Below are positions 54,658 to 64,000 of a stretch of 64,000 nucleotides of DNA, piece by piece; position 1 is the first letter of the stretch; the number at the start of each line of letters is the position of its first letter. Below the pieces are notes generated by a model that did no database searches, was not told the origin of the DNA, and saw nothing but the letters and a program-made list of their open reading frames with translations. Made by a program: the position numbers and the translations under genes. Source of the stretch: Octopus sinensis (lineage: Eukaryota); NCBI RefSeq assembly GCF_006345805.1, contig NC_043005.1:17298001-17362000 (forward strand), given 5' to 3'.

Positions 54658-55016
54658 TGTGCTATAAAGAACATAACGCGCAGTGTATACAAATAAATCA
54701 TTCACATGCTTTTTGTTCCTAGGTAACTGATGAAATAATTGCTATGTATTCGGGGCGGCACAATCAAATATACTCCCCTACCACAAATTTACGATCACTT
54801 TGCCAATGTAAATAACCGTTATTATAACTATTAATTAATAAGAAGGCGGCGAGGTGGCAGAAGCGTCAGCGCTTCGGAACAAATTCCCTGAGTATTTCTT
54901 CCAGCTCTATACATTCTGAGTTCAAATATTGCCGAGGTTATTTTTGCCATTTAACCTTTCGGGGGTCAATAAAATAAATACCAGTCAAATACTGGGGTCG
55001 ATGGGATCGACTAATG

Positions 55017-55633
55017 GGATCTTTACCTTTTGACCTATAGATTTTAAAAGTATTTTTTTGTAACTAAACACTTTCAAACATCGGACACTGATAGAATGTG
55101 TCATATAAAACAGGTTTTACTCTTAGCATTTTTGAGAAAGACTTATATTTACATAGTTATTTCACGTTAAAGTTCTCGTATTTCGGTAATTTCAACCAAT
55201 CAATGACGTGTATTCAGCTGAATAAAATTACTGCTGTTGTTTGTCAACAAGAACTTCCGGTGGTGTATATTTCGATTGTCACTGTTTTTTATGACAACCC
55301 TAACCCTAAAACCCTTACCCTAAAACCTTAAAACCAGTACAAACGCACGAACGATGTCATAAATAACAGTGACAAACGAAATATACACCGCCGATAGTTG
55401 TTGTTGACAAACAACGGCAGTAATTTTATTCAGCTGAATACACGTCATTGATTGGTTGAAATTACCGAAATACGAGAACTTTAACGTGAAATAAATCCGT
55501 AAATATAAGTTTTTCTCAAGAATGCTAAGAGTAAAAGATGTTTTATATGACACATTCTACAGTGTCCGAAGTTTGAAAGTGTTTAGTTACAAAAAATTAT
55601 GTTTTAAATCTGTAGGTCAAAAGGTAAAGATCC
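55017..55633. mobile_element. Merlin-type fold-back MITE with central telomere-like repeats
   Basis: GGATCTTTACCTTTTGACCTA termini; about 280-bp inverted arms; AACCCT repeats at 55297-55335; single arm also at 49787-50075. Confidence 0.85.
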
Positions 55634-56292
55634 CAGTCAAGTACTGGGGTCGATGGTATCGACTAACTTGCTGACCTTGCGCCAAAGTTAGTAAGAATTA
55701 TGAAGATGGCGAGCTGGCAGAATCGTTAGCATGCCAGATAAAATACTTAGCGGCTTTCCTTTTGGTTTTACGTTGAGTTCACCGAAGTCGATTTTGCCTT
55801 TTATCCTTTTGGGGGTCGATAAAATAGGTACCGGTTAAACACTGAAGTCAATGTAATCAGCCTGTCCCCTCCCCCAAATTTCTGGCCTTGTGGTTTCAGT
55901 AGAAAGAGAAACAATTATTGCTAACCTTTTAATACTCCGAGGTGAAATATCGGGTCAGACTCGGCTAGCCGTTGATTTAGAGGGATTACTCTATCTGCAT
56001 TGCTACAAGAGTCAAATACGCGACGTTAGATTTGATTGTTTCACCTGACAACTCTCTCATTATTATTTCACGATGTGGAAATCATTTCCTTATGATGTCA
56101 GTTGTTTTGTTTAGCCTAAGACCAGTTCTAACCAAGCAAACATATGATTAACCTTTTTGATACCAACACCTGAGACCGCCTCTTGTTCCATTATATAAAT
56201 TTTCACTTTTAACGTGATCTAAATTATAACCCTTCATCAAAATTTTACGTTAATTTATGTTTTAAACACCAACTAAATAATAACATAGTCAT

Positions 56293-56496
56293 TTTACTCT
56301 TTTATACTCTTTTACTTGTTTCAGTCATTTGACTGCGGCAATGCTGGAGCACCGCCTTTAGTCGAGAAAATCGACCCCGGGACTTATTCTTTGTAAGCCC
56401 AATACTTATTCCATCGGTCTATTTTGCCGAACCGCTAAGTGACGAGGACGTAAACACACCAGCATCGGTTATCAAGCAATGCTAGGGGGACAAACA

Positions 56497-56570
<74 letters not shown>

Positions 56571-56742
56571 TTAAAAAAAAAAAAAAAAACCACAGGCTTC
56601 TTTCAGTTTCCGTCTACCAAATCCACTCACAAGGCATTGGTCGGCCCGGGGCTATAGCAGAAGACACTTGTTCAAGATGCCACGCAGTGGGACTGAACCC
56701 GGAACCATGTGGTTGGTTAGCAAGCCACTTACCACACAGCCA
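56293..56742 (-). mobile_element. SINE family B
   Basis: Family B motifs. Confidence 0.9.
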
Positions 56743-57617
56743 AATTCTGTGGGTATTTTCTTCAAAATTAACTGAAACAAAAGCTGTGTATGTTAACCAA
56801 CACCAATAAGGCAATCTAGCTGTGAACATCTCACTGATTTTCCTGACACAATGTCTCTACATTATCCTATGTGTCACATTAATTTTTCCTGAAAATTGTA
56901 GGATTCATTTCAAGGACTTCCGAGCCGGTCACATTACTACGTGGCGTACATTCTTTGATGCTAGTTACGTTTACGTACGTAATCCCCAGCGATGGCTGTA
57001 GTCTGCGCGATGAAATATTAAGTGTGAAGTAATACCACGTATGGTGTCGCAAAATCTACCACTTTACTATCTATATTGCATGGATCATAAAATAAAAGAT
57101 ATTTTGAACGAGTAATACTTCTTAGGATTAAGCCGGTGAGCTGGCAGAATCGTTACCGTGCCGGACAAAACGCTTATCGGAATTTCTTCCGATTTTACAT
57201 TCTGAGTCCGAATTCTGCAAATTCTGGCAGAATTCGGACTCAGTGTCGATAAACTTTCAGTGTCATCCTTTTCATCCTTTCAGTGTCGATAATCTAAATA
57301 CTAATTGAGCACCGGGGTCGATGTTACTGACTTAACCCCTACTCCGAAATTGCTGGCCTCGTGCCATAACTTGAAATCAATATTTCCTAGAATTTACATC
57401 TTCAAAAATCAACCATGACCACTGATTCCTGTTGAAAGAATTGTTTCCAATATATTTTTTTTTGTTATCTATATTTTCTTTACAAACAGTATCTTCCTTA
57501 CAAACGATCTGGGGAAACTGCAATCTTTCCCTCAGGTCCCCTTTCATATCCCCCCATTATTGGGCCCCATGTAGTAAACTATTTGTTTTTCTTGCTGTCC
57601 ATTTCTTCTGTCACGAA

Positions 57618-57910
57618 CTTCTTCTTCTTTCTTCTTCTTCTTCTTCTTCTTCTTCTTCTTCTCCTTCTTCTTCTTCTTCTTCTTCTTCTTCTTCTTCTTC
57701 TCTTCTTCTTCTTCTTCTTCTTCTCCTTCTTCTTCTCCTTCTTCTTCTTCTTCTTCTTCTTCTCCTCCTCCTCCTTCTTCTTCTTCTTCTTCTTCTTCTT
57801 CTCCTTCTCTTTTCTTCTTTCTTCTTCTTCTTCTTCTTCTTCTTCTTCTCCTTCTTCTTCTTCTTCTTCTTCTTCTTCTCCTCCTCCTCCTCCTCCTTCT
57901 TCTTCTTCTT
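57618..57910. repeat. (CTT)n/(CCT)n microsatellite
   Basis: Read directly. Confidence 0.97.
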
Positions 57911-57994
57911 CCCATCAGGACTCACGCCATTAACCAACCACAAAGAATAATCTCTAATTCGAGCCTACTCTAAGCTACTAAGAATGCGTGCGGC

Positions 57995-58775
57995 AACTTG
58001 AAGATCCACCAAGGTGAATGGATGATAGGGGAAATTGGAGTTGTCCCGATTTTATGTACGGGTGGTCTATTGGAGGAAATCTTGGAGGAATACCTCGCCA
58101 CCTTCGAAGGTATTTGTTTACCTTCTTCTCCACTCTTTCTACTCTTGTCATTGGAATCTCATATGAGTCTCAAAAGCAGTCCATATTGGTAGAGCGATGC
58201 CTTGTATTTTCCTGGAAAGCCCTGATCTTTCAATCCTCCCCAGCTACTTCTCTGCTTGCTTTCTCAATATTGGCGACATTGCTTCTGTGAGAGAGTGGAT
58301 CATGAAACCTCTTCCCAAGGCATTTGGGCGCATCCCCCTATTGCTGGAATAACCTCTCCTTGCATTTGCATCGTAATTCTGTATATTAATTTGCCTTTCC
58401 TTTTCTGATCACCATACTCTTTGATTTTTCGGGTTTAACCCTTTAGCATTTAAACCGGCTATATCCGGCCAAAAGTATTCAGCTTGTTTTATATTCAAAT
58501 TGGCCAGATCTGGTCTCTCACACAAACCCTACAATATTGTTTTTAAAATTAACAGCTACCTCATCAAAATCTCATAACTACAAGATAATGCATGATTAGT
58601 TCAAAACAAAGTGGATGAAAAAGCATTAATTTTGGCAGAATAATGTGAACACTAAAGGGTTAAACTTCATTCTTGCCCATGTTGTCATGTGTTCAAGTGA
58701 AGTGAGCACCCTTTCCGCTTCCACATGGGTTGTGGTTTTCACTGTAAGACCAACCGACCATGAACCCTTTATTGG
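57995..58775 (-). mobile_element. Decayed HERO-like (R2-superfamily) non-LTR reverse transcriptase fragment
   Basis: Minus-strand remnants LEHMTTWARMKF|KPEKSKSMVIRKGK, KCLGK, GKYKASLYQYGLL, VEKKVNKYLRRW, LQFPLSS; split at TTAA by a MITE; clade from memory. Confidence 0.72.
58439..58659. mobile_element. piggyBac-type MITE
   Basis: TTAA TSD; CCCTTTAG/CTAAAGGG TIRs. Confidence 0.9.
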
Positions 58776-59749
58776 ATGTTGTCGGCTGCCTGGATTCCAT
58801 TGTTGTTGATGCTTGGGCTTCTTTATGCTAGTTTTGTTTCATTTTGAAAAATAGAAATTTATGTTATGGTTTATCATTGTTGATATTTTCACTTACATAC
58901 ATGTCTATGTATGTATGTACGGTGGCACCAAAATCTTTTAGGTGCTTAGGGCCTGTATGGGATTTAATCCGTCCCTGGAAATATCCTGTAACCAAATTAA
59001 TTGAAAAACAACGGGTATAAATCCCTTTATGCTGTGTGTGTGAATGCTACACAGATGGACTTAGCCTTTCAATTATAGTGGTGTGGTTTAGAAGTTCGCT
59101 TCTTAACTATAAAGATTTGAGTTCGATCTTGCTTCATGGTACTTTGGGAAAGTATTTTTGTATCTTATCTTTTGGTCAACCAAAACCTTATAACTGACAT
59201 GAGAAAATTCATTCCCATGGTGAAAAGTATGAGGGAAATTGTGCAACCTGTTATGTACACACGTATATTTATATACGAATATACACGTGCATATGTTCGC
59301 GTGCGCGCGCATCTGTGTGTGCTGGACAAAGGTTAGGCAAAAGAAAGCGGCAGAAAAAGAACCAAATTTAAAATAAGTATTGGAGTCAATTTGTTTGACA
59401 AACTCTACAAGGCGGTGCCCCAGCATGGCCACAGTTCGAAACAAGTAAACCAGTGCGTGTAAAGGAAGAACAGATATTTCACATACACACGTACGTACAC
59501 GCAAACACATACGTACATATATATTTTGAGTGAGTGAGAGAGATAGTGTGTGTGTGTATGTATGATAAACTGGAAGAGTTCACGGGAGTGTATATACATA
59601 AAAGATTATGTATGTGAGAGTACGTATGTGTTTACGTAAAGGAAGGTGTACATAAGTATGTGTCAAGTAATGGTGAAAAATGTTTAAACATTTCTATGCG
59701 TCAGTATACGTGTATGTATATGTACAAGAGCGAAAACGGAGACGCATAT

Positions 59750-59750
59750 G

Positions 59751-59809
<59 letters not shown>

Positions 59810-59814
59810 GATAG

Positions 59815-59870
<56 letters not shown>

Positions 59871-59924
59871 TGATAGATTGATAGAGATAGATTGATAGAG
59901 ATAGATAGAGAGATAGAGATAGAT

Positions 59925-59965
<41 letters not shown>
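59750..59965. repeat. (GATA)n microsatellite
   Basis: Read directly. Confidence 0.95.
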
Positions 59966-60259
59966 GAATGTATATATCACGTCGAGAGGGCGTAATCAAA
60001 AGTATGTGACCATGAGAGAGAAAAAGCGCATGTGTATATATGTGTGTGTATAGATGCGTGAGTGATCATGTGTATGTATGTTTGCCCACAGCAAAGAACA
60101 AGCATGTGTATGAGAATGTGAGAAAAATGTGTGTGAAAGAGATAGAAAGACAGATAGAGAGAGTGTGTGTGTATGTGTGTATGTGTGTGCCTTAGTACGT
60201 CAAAAAAATTAATAGTATATGTGTATGTATGTGTGTAGAAAAAAAAGAGAGGACATTAG

Positions 60260-60293
<34 letters not shown>

Positions 60294-60940
60294 CCGGTAA
60301 GGCAGGCGTTAACCAAACTAACATACCAAGTTTCCCTGACAACTAGGTCACGAGACCACTTTCCGTTTTATTTCTCCCCTCACTCCCTTTAGTTTCTTTC
60401 CTTTATAAGCTGTTTCTTTCTATACTCCTCTTACTTTCGCTCTCTCTCCACTTAGCTTCTCTTGCCCTCTCTTTCTCTCTCTCTCTCTCTATCTGTCTTT
60501 TACTCTATCTTCTACTATTATTATAATCTTACTCTTTCGTTTTCTTTTCTTAAAGTTTTGCCCTTTCTCTCTCTTTCACTCACAATCGAACCCCCTTAAA
60601 TCTTGTTATTAAACATTCTCTTTCGTTTAATTCCCTTTCAGTTTCATTCACCACTTTGACGGAACTAAACTCTTTTTACGGAACATCTATAATAAGATCG
60701 TCCGTTCGGCATACTAGAAAAAAAGACCCGGTTATCACGGCTGGTTTAAACACAGATTTGCTCAATCAGGACTGTCCTGTGGTTAAACAACGACAACAAC
60801 AACAACAACAACAACACACTCTTCCGTTAAAACCTTCATCTCAACCACATTGTTCTATCTCTCTTTCTTTCTTCTAATTTCTCATTATTATCTCTCCCTT
60901 CCGTAAAACATGCCTCTCACTTTCACTCATTACAAACATT

Positions 60941-61111
60941 CTCTCTCTCGGTCTCACTCAGTTCTCATTGTAAACTCTCTCTCGGTCTCACTCAGTTCTC
61001 ATTGTAAACTCTCTCTCGGTCTCACTCAGTTCTCATTGTAAACTCTCTCTCTCGGTCTCACTCAGTTCTCATTGTAAACTCTCTCTCTCTCTCTCGGTCT
61101 CACTCAGTTCT
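60941..61111. repeat. About 34-bp tandem repeat ((CT)nCGGTCTCACTCAGTTCTCATTGTAAA) x5 running into the gap
   Basis: Read directly. Confidence 0.92.
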
Positions 61112-61211
61112 NNNNNNNNNNNNNNNNNNNNNNNNNNNNNNNNNNNNNNNNNNNNNNNNNNNNNNNNNNNNNNNNNNNNNNNNNNNNNNNNNNNNNNNNN
61201 NNNNNNNNNNN
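61112..61211. other. Assembly gap (100 N)
   Basis: Run of N. Confidence 0.99.
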
Positions 61212-62672
61212 TACATTATCATTTCCAGGAGATACCGATCCTGCTCCGAGGAATCCCTGCCTATTCTGTGGACCAATGAGAAGATCGTTAATAGAATTTC
61301 TGAAAGACTCTCAAGATGCCTACACGCATATAAATGTACTTTCGCACAATGCAGCTGGAATGAATTTGAGTAACTGATAAAAAAATTTACTTTGAGGTAT
61401 AGATGAATTAAATTTTATTTTAACCTCCCCATTCCTATAACCATCAAGTAGCTATTTATCTCGCTTTGCGTATGCTTACATTTTCATGGATGCTTGTATG
61501 AACGTGTGTACACGCGCCATGCAACTTGTGCGACGGCATTTATCCATCCATATCTGTTGACGGGTATTTTTTAATATTTTTCTCGCTGTATTGCTTGCTT
61601 GTTTCTTTTTTGCATCTGCGATTTTATTTTTGATCTCAAAAGTAAATGAAGGTATTTCCTTCGTTTTGCTGCTTTTCTTTCTACAAAATGAGAAGATACA
61701 TTGCGGAACTGTTATTTTAACGAGTTGTGTCTATTTACCATCAGATGAAACACATCTGCACCACCGACGGCTCCTGAACCAATTGTGAAGTGTCCCACCC
61801 TTGAGGGATCGATGCTAGATATGTCGAAACAATTGTTGTGATCAATAATAAAAATTCTCGTATATTCCATCTTCTGTCTTTCATTTATCGGCTCCCACGT
61901 GACCATTGGCCATCTTTCTTCTAGCTTGTGTTTCTTTTCTCCGTTGTAGCTGGATCAAGGAAGACATGTTCTTGTTTATCTCCTGTCCAAGCTTCATTTA
62001 CGCGTTCGCCACCACAACCTCGTTTAGGCTTAACATCCCTTCCTGTTTGTCTTCACTGTCCTGTTTGTGTTACCAATTTTGACCCTCCGCAAAATCCCAA
62101 ATTTGATTTAATTTGGTTTGCGGCAGCAACTGTTTTATCGAAAGCGGCTCCTGTTGCTAAATGCTCGAAATACAAGAGTAGAAAGTCCTTATCTCCATCT
62201 CATCATAATTCAGTGCAATCATTAACAGTACTTTCAAGCAATTCAGCCCCGAGCATCGCCGGGCAATTCTGCTAGTGTGTATATATAAATACAGTGTATA
62301 TTTAAACACATTAGAGGTATCACGCATAGGATACCTGGCACGCTAGAAGGAATAGCCAAAATCCAAACCACTATTAGGGATAAATTTCGAAGGGAATGAA
62401 AAATAATAACATTTACCATCTATCTCCTGGACCATGGTTTCTGCCTTTAACTTAGCAAATAAAATAATTTGCTAGGCAAAGTCTTCAACAACAGGTACTA
62501 GATTAAACATATAAACACTAGGCAATCCAGCATATGCCCCGTGGTTATATATTATAATTTTTCAAATCTTCCGCGGAACCGCAGTTTTTTGTCGGCAGAA
62601 AATGGAATAATGCCGGCTTTACTTCGAAAATTTGCCAAAAAAAATTATTAATTACATATATATATTTGTATA

Positions 62673-63064
62673 TCTTTATATATAAAAGTGAAGTTGTGTG
62701 TCTGTCTCCTACGATTTAGATTCCTAACTACTCCCACATTTTGCGGTGCAGTTTAACCAAAACCGGGTATCTTATAGTCGTGATTCATATCGAGCCCTTC
62801 TGGGTATTAGCGCGCGTCTACGATGAGTCTATGATTTAAAAAAAAAATTACCATAAATTTTTTTTGCATTTTTAATGCATTTTTGGTATATATAAGGGAA
62901 GTAACTCTCTAAAAATTTATTATTAAATCTCAGAACGTAAAAAGCTACAGTAACCCCCCCCCCCTTGTGGTTAGCTATATTGAGATGGCTCTTATACTTT
63001 ACATCTCTAAAAATGCTTATATAGTTATTTCCCTTACAAACCCGAGCAACGCCGGGTGATACTG

Positions 63065-63067
<3 letters not shown>
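62673..63067 (+). mobile_element. Non-autonomous Helitron
   Basis: A|TC start; CCCGAGCAACGCCGGG hairpin; ends CTA running into (TA)n. Confidence 0.82.
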
Positions 63068-63134
<67 letters not shown>

Positions 63135-63539
63135 GTGTAAGTGGTATACAAAACTTACAGTCTTTGATTATTGTAATCCATATGGCTTTACAAACTTTTT
63201 AATTATTGCAGTCTCTCAAGCATTACGTATAACATTTGAGAATTGCAGTCTCAGTGACAGTACAACCTTTGATTATTGTAGTGTATGTCACTTGACCGTC
63301 TTTGATTATTAAGTTTATGGAGCGCGCCACTTGTTTATTAGCATAATCTAAATGGTTTCCCACTATTTGATTAGTGCGGTCTATGTGGTTTCAAAGCGTG
63401 TGATTACTGCGGCACGTGTTGGCACGTGTGGCTTTGCTTACTAAGGATCCCAGAATTATTTGCATGGCAAAAATCATGTTCAGATGCTTGTACAAGAACA
63501 TTGAGATTCTAGCTTGATGTTCGGATATTTCTATTGGGG

Positions 63540-63920
63540 AAGCACTCCGTCGGTTACGACGACGAGGGTTCCGGTTGATCCGAATCAACGGAACAGCCTG
63601 CTCGTGAAATTAACGTGTAAGTGGCTGAGCACTCCACAGACACGTGTACCCTTAACGTAGTTCTCAGGGATATTCAGCGTGACACAGAGAGTGACAAGGC
63701 TGGCCCTTTTGAAATACAGGTACAACAGAAACAGGAAGTAAGAGTGAGAGAAAGTTGTGGTGAAAGAGTACAGCAGGGATCACCACCATCCTTGCCGGAG
63801 CCTCGTGGTGCTTTAGGTGTTTTCGCTCAATAAACACTCACAGCGCCCGGTCTGGGAATTGAAACCGCGATCCTATGACCGCGAGTCCGCTGCCCTAACC
63901 ACTGGGCCATTGCGCCTCCA
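63540..63920 (-). mobile_element. SINE family A, tail type i, well preserved
   Basis: Reverse complement of the 633-973 type. Confidence 0.9.
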
Positions 63921-64000
63921 CATGGATGTTTCTATTAGAGATGGGGGGGGTAACATGAATGATTGGTTTAATGTATCCATACTCCCGTTTTCTATTGATT

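Overview
Repeat-dense, AT-rich animal genomic DNA; the SINE and MITE families point to an octopus genome (inference). Only one host protein-coding exon is supportable: a minus-strand first coding exon (39476-39763) of a secreted NIDO-domain protein (SNED1/alpha-tectorin-like). It has a long uORF-rich leader, and no further NIDO exon was recognised in the 39 kb downstream. The rest is microsatellites, four SINE families, Merlin-, piggyBac- and Tc1-type MITEs, non-autonomous Helitrons, and decayed Tc1, maT-like, Chapaev3-like, Helitron, CR1/L2, RTE and HERO-like elements. The most notable signal is a set of short inserts, mostly in (TA)n microsatellites and several folded back on themselves, that carry Penelope-type minimal hammerhead ribozyme motifs. 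One copy (minus strand, 25385-25452) has an intact catalytic core but a weak stem I. Almost all ORFs in the supplied track are repeat artefacts. All calls were made by eye without database searches; repeat boundaries are approximate.
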